A stretch of 61,967 nucleotides of DNA, the filler included, from Nemertoderma westbladi (Eukaryota; Animalia; Xenacoelomorpha), in NCBI GenBank assembly GCA_032718475.1. It is 2 parts of 2 records of this genome, joined end to end, with 100 filler letters (N's around TTAATTAATTAA, not from the genome) between each part and the next. Parts side by side here need not be neighbours in the genome. Positions count along the whole stretch, not along the records: positions 1 to 31,511 come from JAUCBJ010002169.1; 1 more part is not named here. The stretch is one strand, 5' to 3'. The position numbers were made by a program, and so were the translations under genes. Below the pieces are notes generated by a model that was not told the DNA's origin, searched no databases, and saw only the letters and a program-made list of their open reading frames with translations. This document shows, one piece after another, positions 12,575 through 24,282 of this stretch (the stretch's first letter is position 1; the number at the start of each line of letters is the position of its first letter).

Positions 12575-13325
12575 CCATCCCCAACTATCAGAGATACTTT
12601 CGGCACGTCGAGGTTTGGTGTTGACAGGTCAATCGAGTCCAGGTGCCAATATTGCTCGACCTCAATCTTCGTCGGCCACCTGGCATTGATGTTTATGGAT
12701 TGAGTAATTCGTATAGGGTCTATAGTCGCTCTGTAGTTGGAATTGGGAGTTATAGCCCCTATTCGACACCTTCCTGTTTTCATCTGATTAATTTCATCCT
12801 TGGCAGATATGGTGGTGACCACCATCTTACTTGACATTGTTTTTGTTGTAGTCTGTCTGCTACCCAGCTTTCTGTCAATGTGAATGTTGCCCTACTGTCG
12901 ATGAGCATCAGCGTCATTAATGATCTTCCATTGTCTCTCACTCTTACCGGCACCACTCCGAGCAGCACGGTCCTTCGCTCCCTGTGACCCATTGTGCTTG
13001 TTGCCATTGTATGGCCCCTGCCTTCACTCGGATACTTTGGTGCTTGTTCTTGACACCAGTTTTTCCTATGACCTCCTACCGCACATTTGTGGCATAGTCC
13101 AAATTTCCCTGTGTAGGCTAATTGGTCTTCCCTCGGCAATGCCTGCCACTGGTCGCAATCAATGGGCTTATGTATCCCTATTCTATGCAGCTGACACTTG
13201 TAGTTTGGATTATAACGCTCTCTGTATAGCGTTTTCATGTATATTTCGTCCAGGTCCGACTCGGATGTTTTATTGTTTCGGTCACCACGTGCACCTCCCA
13301 CCGACATCTGTGAGACACTTATTGC
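12575..13325 (-). mobile_element. BEL/Pao LTR-retrotransposon fragment (gag zinc knuckles and aspartic protease), frameshifted
   Basis: CQLH..H....C and CHKCAVGGHRKNWC knuckles; protease VLLGVVPVRV...LMLIDSRATFTL; and WHLDSIDL...VSLIVGD in another frame. Confidence 0.8.
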
Positions 13326-13705
13326 CCCCCCCCCCCCCCCCCCCAACCTTCACAGTAATCAATAGCCAACTAAACGTATCAATATTGGGTAATGGATATA
13401 TACAGAGTATGGATAACTTATTACACGGTTTTACCTACATGTTGACCTGCTACCAGATACACGTTTACTGGCCAAGCCCCCCATTGGCTGGTAATGAGTT
13501 AATTACCATCTCTCTACTAGCATCTCACCAACCCATGTTTCTCCTTGGTATGCAATATTATAATGGATGTTGGATATTGGATACCCGGTTGTGATTCAAA
13601 AATCACTCTGTCCCCTATTCTCTCGGTAGGTGGTGTGCAGTGGATTGGATCCATTAACACTGCCTGCAAGTAGGTGTAGGTAGATTCGTAGGGGTAGGTT
13701 TAGGT

Positions 13706-13790
13706 ATAGGGTTTACCCCCATTTCTCCACGGGTATTGCTAACTATAAGGATGGAGAATAACAGCAGTGCGAGAACTACAAAATCGACAT
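13706..13790 (+). repeat. 85-bp direct repeat, left copy (putative target-site duplication of the CR1 element)
   Basis: Identical to 19366-19450. Confidence 0.9.
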
Positions 13791-14008
13791 TACCTATTAC
13801 CATTACCATTACAAAAATTACCTACAGTACCGCAATATCGCTTACTGCTTACATCTGTACATTGCTGCTTATATTATATTATATTATAATTGGTAAATTT
13901 TAATTGGAGAATATTGACAATAGTCGGATATACTTGATACTCATATAGTTGAAACTTTGGTTAGAATCCAGGCACCAGGCTGGAATTCCGACAGGAAACA
14001 AGCAAGCC

Positions 14009-15046
14009 ATGATGTCCAATTCACAGCCCCAACCTAAGCGGCTGTCTATAGATCAGACTCCGGCATCATCTGTCAATAATCGCAATTCGATGGGTAGTAC
14101 CGGCGATGTCAAAACCAGTAGGAAATCGAAGAAGGAGGCGAAAGGAATCACAAAGTCACTACCACCAAGTCCAAAGAAATGGGTTAAGACTTCCGTGGAA
14201 TGTTCCCTTTGTGCTACAGTCTGGACTGAAATAGAGGTCACAATGGAAGTCTCTCGACGAGACAACTTCGCATCAAACCGGTTTTCGGAAATTCGATGTC
14301 ATACGCGTACAGACATTGAAGAAGACTTCAATCTGGTTTTGGAACATGATCTTTCAACTTTACGCTGCGAACTGGAGGTCCGAATCCAAGACGTTGAATC
14401 CTCGCAAGCAGAAGCTCAAACCAAACTTGAGAACCAGGAATTACGCGTACCACTAGTTGAAGGACAGGATGTTGATGAGGAAAGCGGGGAATCATGGGTT
14501 AACGTTGTCCGACGTAACACAAAGAACCTAAAAGACCTCCATCAGAAAGTGAATACCAGTACCAACGCCAGTAAACCGAATACTAATATGATCGATATCG
14601 AAAAAGCGATTCGTATGAATGACCAGCGCAAGTGCAACGTCGTGTTAAGGCATATTCCGGGCGATAAGGGCGCGATTAACACCAGTCAACAGCGGACCGA
14701 TGATGGGAAGTTTCTCCGGGATGCTCTGCATGAGAAGCTTCCATATACTAACTCTATTCGGCTGGGTAAACCACGAGAAGATGGTTCTCCACGTCCTCTA
14801 CTACTAACATTTAATACCCACAAAGAAGCCCTCAAAGTTCTTTCCCGTAAAACCTTTGTAGTCGGAGATACACAGCTGTATTTTGATAGAGATCTGTCTG
14901 CGTACGAACGGGAGATGGAATTTAAGGCGCGTGTCAAACGACGAAGCCAGCGCAATTCGGGAGAAAAACGTGATCCACCGATCCACACACGCGTTAACCC
15001 GGAAATAATTGAAATCCCGATAGATTTATCCGAAAAAGTAGACTGA
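14009..15046 (+). CDS. LINE ORF1 protein (coiled coil plus RRM-like RNA-binding domain)
   Basis: First ATG at 14009 in the 13949-15046 frame. Motifs RKCNVVLRHIP, IRLGKPREDGSPRPLLLTF and YFDRDLS are typical of CR1/L2-type ORF1. Confidence 0.85.
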   Translation: MMSNSQPQPKRLSIDQTPASSVNNRNSMGSTGDVKTSRKSKKEAKGITKSLPPSPKKWVKTSVECSLCATVWTEIEVTMEVSRRDNFASNRFSEIRCHTRTDIEEDFNLVLEHDLSTLRCELEVRIQDVESSQAEAQTKLENQELRVPLVEGQDVDEESGESWVNVVRRNTKNLKDLHQKVNTSTNASKPNTNMIDIEKAIRMNDQRKCNVVLRHIPGDKGAINTSQQRTDDGKFLRDALHEKLPYTNSIRLGKPREDGSPRPLLLTFNTHKEALKVLSRKTFVVGDTQLYFDRDLSAYEREMEFKARVKRRSQRNSGEKRDPPIHTRVNPEIIEIPIDLSEKVD

Positions 15047-15064
15047 CTATATTCCAATAACGCC

Positions 15065-15610
15065 ATGGCGGCGCCACCCGGACCTCCACGGACCCTCACA
15101 GCTCCGACTGCGCCTCGGCGGACCCCGGCGGCGCCACCCGGACCTCCTCGGACTCCGACTGCTCTGTTCGCGCCTCGGCGGACCCCGGCGGCACCAACCG
15201 GACCTCCTCAGTCTCCAAATGCTCCGTTTGCTCCACTGCGGACGCCGGCGGCGCCACCCGGACCTCCACGGACCCTCACAGCTCCGACCGTGCCTCGGCG
15301 GACCCCGGCAGCGCCACCTGGACCTCCTCGGACTCCAACTGCTCCGTTTGCGCCTCGGCGGACAGCGGCAGCGCCACCCGGACCTCTTCGGTCTCCGACT
15401 GCTCCGTTCGCGCCACAGCGGACCCCGGCGGCGCCACCCGGACCTCCTCGGACTCCGACTGCTCCGTTCGCGCCTCGGCGGACCCCGGTGGTGCCACCCG
15501 GACCTCCTCGGACTCCGACGGCTCCGTTCGCGCCTCGGCGGACCCCGGTGGCGCCACCCAGACGTCCTCGGACTCCAAATGCTCTGTTCGCGCATCGGTG
15601 GACCCCGGCG
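15065..15610 (+). repeat. Nine 60-bp tandem units encoding TPAAPPGPPRTPTAPFAPRR
   Basis: GACCCCGG-like starts at exact 60-bp spacing from 15121 to 15601. Confidence 0.95.
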
Positions 15611-18490
15611 ATTACACAAAGAAATCTCAAGTTTCTATACACCAATGCCGATAATTTGATAAATAAGCTTGGCGAGTTAATGAGCTCTGTCACGGTTTGC
15701 GATCCGGATGTAATAGCCATTACAGAGGTCCTTCCTAGATACTACTGCTACGACATAGATGAAACACACTACTGTATGCATGCAATCGGCTACAAGATAC
15801 TTTGCTCTAATTTAGGGCTTTCATCATGCTCGAGAGGTATTATAATTTACATTCGAAACACGTTAACTGGAGCTACAGAAATCGAACCATCAATTACGAA
15901 TTCTGGAATACGCGATGGTCTAGAATCAATGTGGATTAGCATTACACCCAATAAAATTGGCTCCAAGCAAACAATAATATTTGGATGCATTTATCGGAGC
16001 CCCAGCGTGGACAACTATTGCAACGTAGCGAACCTATTGAATTGCATATGTTCTTCTAATAAAAACTCTCAGCTAATAGTCACAGGGGATTTCAATATGC
16101 CACATACTGACTGGGATCTGCTATCCACTAACGACCACGGTGAATCCATAATACTATCCTCCATCCAGGACAATTACTTGTTTCAGATAATTGATAAACC
16201 TACACGATATCGTCACGGACAAACACCACATATATTAGACCTCATATTGGTAAATGAAGAAAATTCTGTAGACCCGCCGCTCTATCATCCCACCCTTGGA
16301 GCAAGTGATCATGTCCAAATTGAATTTAATGTGAACTTTAATGTCAAGGCTACATCTATATCAACCCGCCCGAGACTACTATTTGAGAAGGCAGACTACC
16401 TTGCGATCAAAGAAGAGCTGATTGAGAACCGATTAGAGAATACATTAATTTCAATGGAAGTTCAACAATCATGGGAAACTCTACATTCCCACCTAATCAA
16501 TGCTTGTGAGTCACATATCCCACGTTCAAAGGTCAGTAAAAGAAGAACCAACAAACCAAAGTGGCTAACAAGAGAGATATCCAACATGATTAAAATAAAA
16601 CGGAAATTGTGGGATGTTTATAAAATGACTCCGTCTGCTACATCATACAATAATTACAAGTCCAAACGCAATGAGTGCAGTACAAAGATTCGCAATGCAC
16701 AGTATAGCTTCGAGAAAATGACCGCTACAAATGCTGCGACCAATCCGAAACAGTTCTGGAAATACGTTCATTCGAAACGATCAGTAAAATCATCTGTACA
16801 TAATCTGATCGATAGGGATGGTAATCTAGTCAGTGATAGCAAAGAGAAAGCGACAGTTTTGAACAACCATTATCACTCCATATCTACTACTGAGGTCCTC
16901 CCCGTTCCGATAGTACAACACAATCCAACATACATCGAGAGTATTCAAACAATAGATTTCACTCCATCTATTGTGTCCGAAGAGATAGGTAAAATCAACC
17001 CATCCAGCGCACCTGGTCCTGACAGAGTATATCCCATAATGTTAGTTGAGCTATCCTCAGTTCTTGCAGAACCGTTGTCTATCCTGTTCCAAAAATCCAT
17101 GGACACTTCAACAGTACCTTCGGAGTGGAAACTTGCAAATATAACCCCCATCTTCAAACGAGGAATAAAGACGAATCCAGAGAATTACAGGCGAGTCAGT
17201 TTGACGTCTGTAGTTTCAAAACTGATGGAACGTATTGTGGTTGCCGGAATGTGGACTCATCTAATAGAAAATCATTTAACAGCAGATGAACAATACGGAT
17301 TTCAAAAGGGGCGATCCTGCACTCTCCAATTACTAGATGTCATCTACAACTGGTCGCAGGCTATGGACAACAAACAATGTGTAGACGTTGCTTACCTAGA
17401 CTTCTCGAAGGCGTTTGATGCAGTTCCACATAAACGGCTCATACATAAGCTAAGTGCTCTCGGATTTGCAGGGAACCTGCTCCGGTGGATTGAAAATTTT
17501 TTAACTGATCGCCAGCAACGGGTAGTCGTTGAAGGAGAGTGCTCCGATTGGTTGGCAGTGCTCAGTGGAGTTCCTCAAGGAAGTATCGCGGCTGTCCTAT
17601 GGTTCCTTTGTTTTGTAAATGACTTACCATCGCTTGTCCATTTTTTAATATTCTTATTTGCGGATGACACAAAAGACAGTGTAATCTTTAACCCTCGCCC
17701 TACCCCAGCTATTGGACCACTACAGACGGACCTGGACATACTTTTCGATTGGAGCTGTACTTGGCAGTTGACCTTCACTCATTCGAAATGCAAAGTGATG
17801 CATTTGGTTTATGACAATCCAAACCTCCCATACAACCTCGGCAACCATACAATCGAAGTATCAAATAAAGAAAAAGACCTGGGAGTCATATTTCAAAGGG
17901 ATCTTTCGTTCAGCCACCATATATCAACGATAGTGAAAAAAGCCAACCGAACTCTTGGTTTGATATATCGAACATTTAAACATCTAGATGGAGGAATTTT
18001 TATTAATCTTTATAAAGCGCTCGTACGACCAACCCTAGAATACGCATCAACAGTTTGGTCTCCCCACAGGATCGGCGATATACGGCTAATTGAAGGAGTC
18101 CAACGACGCGCTACACGATTAGTGGCCACCCTGCGAGACAAGCCGTACCCAACGCGCCTGCGAGAACTTGGCCTCCCCACACTCGAGTACCGGCGCCATC
18201 GGGCAGACCTCATCCAGGTATACCGTTATCTATCGGGGCTCGAATTGGTGGACCATAGGAACAAGTTTACACTTGCGTCGACCAGCACGCGCGGTCACAG
18301 TCTAAAACTCGAAAAGCCAAGAGCGAGACTACTACAGAGGAACTCGACTTTCCACTTTCGGGTAGTTGAACCATGGAATGCGCTAACCGACGCGGTAGTA
18401 ACTTCCCCATCATTAAATACTTTTAAATCTCGCCTAAACACTCACTACAAGCACTTCAATCTGAAATTTTATCCGTCGTGGTGGACCTAG
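15065..18490 (+). CDS. LINE ORF2: Pro-rich repeat, APE endonuclease and reverse transcriptase (1141 aa)
   Basis: APE motifs YTNA, ITE, IYRSP, GDFN, LDL and SDH. RT motifs YLDFSKAFD, GVPQGS and FADD. CR1-like C-terminus TRGHSLKL...RVVEPWNAL. Confidence 0.95.
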   Translation: MAAPPGPPRTLTAPTAPRRTPAAPPGPPRTPTALFAPRRTPAAPTGPPQSPNAPFAPLRTPAAPPGPPRTLTAPTVPRRTPAAPPGPPRTPTAPFAPRRTAAAPPGPLRSPTAPFAPQRTPAAPPGPPRTPTAPFAPRRTPVVPPGPPRTPTAPFAPRRTPVAPPRRPRTPNALFAHRWTPAITQRNLKFLYTNADNLINKLGELMSSVTVCDPDVIAITEVLPRYYCYDIDETHYCMHAIGYKILCSNLGLSSCSRGIIIYIRNTLTGATEIEPSITNSGIRDGLESMWISITPNKIGSKQTIIFGCIYRSPSVDNYCNVANLLNCICSSNKNSQLIVTGDFNMPHTDWDLLSTNDHGESIILSSIQDNYLFQIIDKPTRYRHGQTPHILDLILVNEENSVDPPLYHPTLGASDHVQIEFNVNFNVKATSISTRPRLLFEKADYLAIKEELIENRLENTLISMEVQQSWETLHSHLINACESHIPRSKVSKRRTNKPKWLTREISNMIKIKRKLWDVYKMTPSATSYNNYKSKRNECSTKIRNAQYSFEKMTATNAATNPKQFWKYVHSKRSVKSSVHNLIDRDGNLVSDSKEKATVLNNHYHSISTTEVLPVPIVQHNPTYIESIQTIDFTPSIVSEEIGKINPSSAPGPDRVYPIMLVELSSVLAEPLSILFQKSMDTSTVPSEWKLANITPIFKRGIKTNPENYRRVSLTSVVSKLMERIVVAGMWTHLIENHLTADEQYGFQKGRSCTLQLLDVIYNWSQAMDNKQCVDVAYLDFSKAFDAVPHKRLIHKLSALGFAGNLLRWIENFLTDRQQRVVVEGECSDWLAVLSGVPQGSIAAVLWFLCFVNDLPSLVHFLIFLFADDTKDSVIFNPRPTPAIGPLQTDLDILFDWSCTWQLTFTHSKCKVMHLVYDNPNLPYNLGNHTIEVSNKEKDLGVIFQRDLSFSHHISTIVKKANRTLGLIYRTFKHLDGGIFINLYKALVRPTLEYASTVWSPHRIGDIRLIEGVQRRATRLVATLRDKPYPTRLRELGLPTLEYRRHRADLIQVYRYLSGLELVDHRNKFTLASTSTRGHSLKLEKPRARLLQRNSTFHFRVVEPWNALTDAVVTSPSLNTFKSRLNTHYKHFNLKFYPSWWT

Positions 18491-19365
18491 AAACATTTTT
18501 CAATGAGTGATAATTGTAACTCTACATTTAGCCGTATACATGTACATGGTACATTTAATGAATTCAATAACTTAATTGATTGGTTTATATTTAATTTCTA
18601 GTCTATAAATTTATTTATTTATTTAACCTTTTCATGCCCAAATATACGCATGAAAACCTATGGTACAGTAGGAATACTACATTTTAATTACAATATTTTA
18701 ATTAAATCATTTTTAATTGTATCAATAATATAGGAATACATAATTTATTAATTAATTTTTATTGACCATTAGGAAATAGGCTAATCGCTTCACATTCGGA
18801 TCTGCACGTAAGAAATCTTTAATTAAATTTGGTATCAATTTAGACTATTTGTTTATTGACATGTTTTTAAGCCTGTAGAACAGTACCTATTTACCAATTT
18901 ATTGTCAATATTTTTAAATACTTTTTTAAAATTATGGTACGTACGTTGTTTGCGCCACACTAACCTACCCCGTCAGTTTTTAGTAATTCATACATATTTT
19001 ATTTAAATTTTAATTCAGTCGGTTTTTAATAATCCATACATATCTTATTCAAATTTCAATAGTTCTACCGATTCTACACTACTTTGTTTTAACCTATATT
19101 AGTTTGTTGTTTGTGAATCGCCGGTTTTTAACAGTCCTACGCTGGATTGAGTACATGTATTTCGTTGGTGTCGTATCAGGTTTTTTTTTATACTCTTCTT
19201 CAACTTCTTACTATATTTTATTAGGCCTATCCTATTACCGGTATTACATACAACATATTAATTTACTTTCAGTTCTGGTTCCATATAAAGATTGCCTTAA
19301 ATTATGTCGGTGATGGGTATCTATAAGTTTATCTTCCTCTTACCCTAAACTATTAAACATTAAAC

Positions 19366-19450
19366 ATAGGGTTTACCCCCATTTCTCCACGGGTATTGCT
19401 AACTATAAGGATGGAGAATAACAGCAGTGCGAGAACTACAAAATCGACAT
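19366..19450 (+). repeat. 85-bp direct repeat, right copy
   Basis: Identical to 13706-13790 and directly after the LINE tail. Confidence 0.9.
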
Positions 19451-20175
19451 AGACTCCATTGCAAACGCTTGTGGCCAAATATTGAAAGAGAAACTAAAAA
19501 TTTTGACTCACCCTGAAATAAGTCTGTGTTATTCAAAATGTGTTACGAAATTGTAAACCACTAAATACAAATATTTTTGTATAAGTATTGCTTTTACTAA
19601 AATGTCTGAATCGTATTGAATCCCTAATATTTCAGCTGACTTACAACTTTTGTTCAATAAATTAATCAATCTACTCTCATTTTGAAGGTGTCTAAAGTAC
19701 ACCCACGAAATCGATACTTGTGGTCCTAATGAACCTAAGATCAGTTCATCAGGCTACAAATAGGGTAATTCACAATATTTATATTATTAATATGATGGAG
19801 TCGCCAATAGAAGTCATAAAAAATAAAAAAATTATAATTAAAACGTAATAATTTTGGTTTTAATTTAAATGTTAAATAATTGACAACCTTTCCACTGCAC
19901 TGGGACTGCTACACTTTTATACACTTTTAAAAGACGAAAATATCCGACAGTCTGCGAAACTGGAGATACTACACTTTTATATAACTATAAGAGTATTGAT
20001 TGCATTTGACCAGTCAGTGGTAGATCTTCTTCATCATGACGTATTTCTCGATATGTATGTATGTGGGGCAAGCGACGAAAGTAAGCGAGCTTAGCATACA
20101 GATACCACTCACTCAATCGGTGTGTCTGTTGTTCTGTTGATCTGTTGTTCTGTCGATCTGTTGTTCTGTCGTTCT

Positions 20176-22584
20176 GTGGGGCGAGCCACGAAGTGAGTGA
20201 GCCTTAGCGTAGTGGTACCATTAATCAACCTGTCATTCTGTCGTTCTGTCATTCTTGTTCAATTTTAAACGTTAATAACTCGGCCAATCTTCGATGAAAT
20301 CTATCCAAACTTGGTACACATGTTGTTTGGCAAAAGTTTAGAAATTTTCCGAGTTGAATTTCCGTGTGGCCTTCGAGAAGCTAAGATAATAGCAGTTAAT
20401 TAGTTAATTAAGTCGTTCTGTCGCTTTTTTTGCAGTGTTCAATTTTGAACGTTAATAACTCTATCAATCCTCGATGAAATGTAATTAAGCTTGGTAGACA
20501 AATAGTCTGTCAAAAGTTTACAAATTTTCCAAGTTGAATTTGCGTGGGGCCTTCGTGCAGCACCAGTGTAACTGTCTTACAGTTATGAATAAATATTATT
20601 TATTCAAAATTATAACGCTTGACATCAGCAGGTTGCTAGGAGACTAAATCAGCTGGGTTTCTGGCAAATTACGAAATTACAGTAATGCCATTGTGGCCTG
20701 TCTGCCTGTCTGCCTGTACCGGTACTATACTTAATGTCAATCCCTGAATCAGGAATCCTGTAATCAGACAATACAGCAATACTGCAATACCATAGAGACA
20801 TACTGTATTCGGTGTTTTACGGTACTGGCTGACTGGTACCGCGGTACCGGTTCAGTCATTATAGATCACGTATACTTGTACTACAGGACAGGCCTAATTC
20901 TGTAGGCCTTAATTAGCCATGCAGTGCGGACTCCGGACTGTTGGACTGCAGTCCTGAATTATATTAGAGGGTCCGTTGGCGCCGTCCTCCGTACCGCCCT
21001 ACTACCTGACTACTGTCAGACTGTAGAAGTATAACCGGACTGGTAGCAACTGCTGAACTGCCAACTACATAACTACCGGTACGGTACTGAACTACGACAG
21101 CACTAGCCTATACCGCATTTCTACGCTCCTGTCAGCGACAAAAGAAAATGAATTTCTTCGTTTACGGTTTCTGCTCTTGTTAACGGTTAAATATGTTAAT
21201 TAAAGACTATGTATTGGTACGACCGACGGCGCCGGCAACTGGTATAATCAGATGTAGATGTACATACAGACATATCAATCTGCCAATACAACAATAGCAA
21301 TAGGCTTACCCCTACCAACCCCAACCATCCATCGACTCGGCAACTGCAACAATGGAAGTTTTGCGGACTAACCAGCTGACCGGCATTCTAAGTTCAGTCT
21401 ACCCAACTGCCCAGAAAAGTGTTGGAATTAAAATCAAACAACTCACCACCAAGGCCGCCTCTGTCTGTTGACCTCGACTTTCGGTATCGCTGCCGCTATG
21501 GGCAAACTGGACTAACCGTAACCGAGGATGAAATCCGGTTTTTTAATCTCACTCTGCCATCAACCAGTGCCCGGCGGTGTTGAAATTGACACGCATTGTG
21601 CAAGCAGTAGGCCTATTGCTCCGAGTTTCCGGCTGGTCGGGTGCAACTACATTGCCACACTATAACTCGGTCTCATGAGGATGAGTGCTGCGTAGACTAT
21701 ATTCCTATAAACCAAAACCATTCCTGGCTTCGCCTATTGAACGCATTATAAAGATCGTCAGTCTTCGTTTAAGAAATATATTTAAATACAAAACAGGACG
21801 AGCACAACGAGGCTTATAATGAAGACGAGTACTGCGTTGACTATCTTATTATATAAACCACCTGGCTTCACATATTGAATGCATCCCTTGTTATTATTAT
21901 TATAAAGATCGTCAGCCTGCGTTTAAGAAATATATTTAAATACAAAACAGGACGAGCACAACGAGGCTTATAATGAAGACGAGTACTGCGTTGACTATTA
22001 TTATTATATATACCACCTGGCTTCACATATTGAACGCATCCCTAGTTATTATTATTATAAAGATCGTCAGCCTGCGTTTAAGAAATATATTTAAATACAA
22101 AACAGGACGAGCACAACGAGACTTATAATGAAGACGAGTACTGCGTTGACTATTATTATTATATAAACCTCCTGGCTTCACATATTGAACGCATCCCTAG
22201 TTATTATTATTATAAAGACCGTCAGCCTGCGTTTAAGAAATATATTTAAATACAAAACAGGACGAACGCAACGAGGCTTATAATGAAGACGAGTATTGCG
22301 TTTATTATATTCCTATAAACCACCTGGCTTTGCATATTGAACGTGCGATTGGAAATAAGTTCGTGCTACCCTTCCGTGGGTGGTAGATGTCGCGGTTATG
22401 TATTGGTGGGTAGGAAGGGTGGGGGGGGGGGGGATTAAAAGGGGTGAACACGTACTGTCCCCCTTTCTTTATTTGATTGGTGGTGTGGGTAAATTTCTCA
22501 AATACTGATTTTGTGATACAGTCGCTCAATTTTAATTTGTATCTCATAACTGGGCCTCGTGCTGCGCGAAGGCCCCACGAACGT
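20176..22584 (+). mobile_element. Inner copy of the same Helentron/DINE-like family, inserted in the outer copy's microsatellite
   Basis: GTGGGGCGAGCCACGAAG start, CTGT repeats, duplicated ~180-bp core (20257 and 20437), a ~155-bp tandem array, and the 3' hairpin GGGCCTCG...CGAAGGCCC with subterminal GCCCCAC. Confidence 0.7.
21675..22345. repeat. ~155-bp tandem array (about 4 copies) inside the inner element
   Basis: TATAAAGA(T/C)CGTCAG at about 21747, 21901, 22056 and 22211. One related unit lies at 24759-24940. Confidence 0.9.
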
Positions 22585-23089
22585 GTTGTTCTGTCGTTCT
22601 GTTGTGTCCAATTTTAAACGTTAATAACTCAGCCAAATGTTAATGAAATTTAACCAAACTTGGTACACATATAGTCTGCAAAAGTTTAGAAATTTTCCAA
22701 ATTGAATTTCCGTGTGGCCTTCGAGAAGCTAAGATAATAGCAACTAATTAGTTAATTAAGTTGATTACGGTAGAAACTGCATTTTCAACCTGCCTGTTAA
22801 AGGAAATTAATTATTTTACAGTATAAGATTTAAATAATTATACTTAAAAATTGTACAGATGTATTCCACATACCCCATTCTATTATAGTTTTTAATTAGT
22901 TCAAGTGATTTGCTTTAATAAATGTGTCTTTAATTGATCTAAACGTAATTAAAGCAGCACAATTATTGAGTAAAAATTTAATCCCGCCCATTATTGGTGA
23001 ACATAGTCTCTGCGGGGGTGTAGAGCTGCTGGCTGGCTGGGAGATGTTGGTGTAGCCTTACCAGAGGCGAATTGTACTGTAATAATTGT

Positions 23090-24282
23090 ACTGCTCCGTG
23101 GAAATCAGAATGGGTTCCGTAAAGGTCGTTGGACCATGGAGCCCATTTTTGGCACTTAGAAGGATAATTGAAGAGTTATCAAAAAAGAAAGACAGGCATC
23201 TGGCTGTTATCTTTGTTGACTTCTTCAAGAAGTCAATCGCTCACGTATGTTCAGCATACTTTCATTATATGGGATTCCTGATGAAATTATTGCAGCAATC
23301 AGATCAGTATACGATGGTTCGACAACATTTGTGTCTACTGTTGACGGTGACACAGAACCAGTGTTATGGGGCGTCCTCCGGGGAGACACACTTGCACCAT
23401 TCTTGTTCATAATTGTTGTTGACTATGTTCTACGCATGTCCTTAGATCATCATAATGATAATAGGGTGATGATAACTCCACCTACTGGCTCCAGAAGTCG
23501 AGGAAATCCTGCCAAGTACCTAACTGATCTAGACTTTGCTGTTGGTCTTTTTATTAACTTCAGAAAGACCAAAATTTTGACAGTTAACTTTGAAAGTCCT
23601 CAGCAAGTCTCTGATCGGATGACCATAAGCTTAAAAGATGGTATGCTTGAGCATGTGGATGACTTCTGTTACCTGGGATCATGGATCCGGAAGTCAGGTG
23701 AGGGAGGACCTTCGAATACGTAAGGGAAAGGCATGGGCAGCCATGAATAGGCTTTCCAGGATTTGGAAGTCACCAAGAATTAATCGGAAACTTAAGGTCC
23801 GATTATTTAGAGCAGCAGTAGTTCCAGTACTCCTCTATGGGAGTCCATGCTGGGCTCTAACTGCTGAGGACACCAAATCTCTGGATGGCACATTCACAAG
23901 AATGCTACGCCGGGTTCATTGTGTCAAGTACAATGCACACATCTCCAACCGGACACTATATAACATTGGAGGTGTCTCATTGGTTCCCCCAAGCTTGACA
24001 CTAGAACAAAATTGCCTCCGCTTTGCAGGACATTGCTTTCGCCGTGAGGACCAGCCAGTGCATAATCTTGTACTTTGGCAGCCTCATGGAGTGAATAAGC
24101 ATGGTGGACAGCCCATGACTTTCTTGAGACGCATCTTAAAGGACACTGGCCTTGAAGATGCGGATGATCTAGCAAATGTCATGGGTGATAGGGAGTTGTG
24201 GCGGTGCAATTTTGTCGATAAGCCGGCACAGCATTCTTAAAAATGCAGCTGCAATGCAGCATGCCGATCCTAGTAGTAGTAC
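23090..24282 (+). mobile_element. 5'-truncated, frameshifted RTE-clade LINE (RT remnant)
   Basis: NQNGFRKGR, LALRRIIE, GVLRGDTLAPFLF, TDLDFA followed by a deletion, FCYLGS and RFAGHCFR across frames. (TAG)n tail. Confidence 0.9.

Larger units (their letters stand above)
13791..19365 (+). mobile_element. Full-length CR1-clade non-LTR retrotransposon (~5.6 kb)
   Basis: 5' UTR, intact ORF1 and ORF2, ~870-bp 3' UTR ending in an (ATTAAAC)n tail, bounded by the 85-bp direct repeat. Confidence 0.92.
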
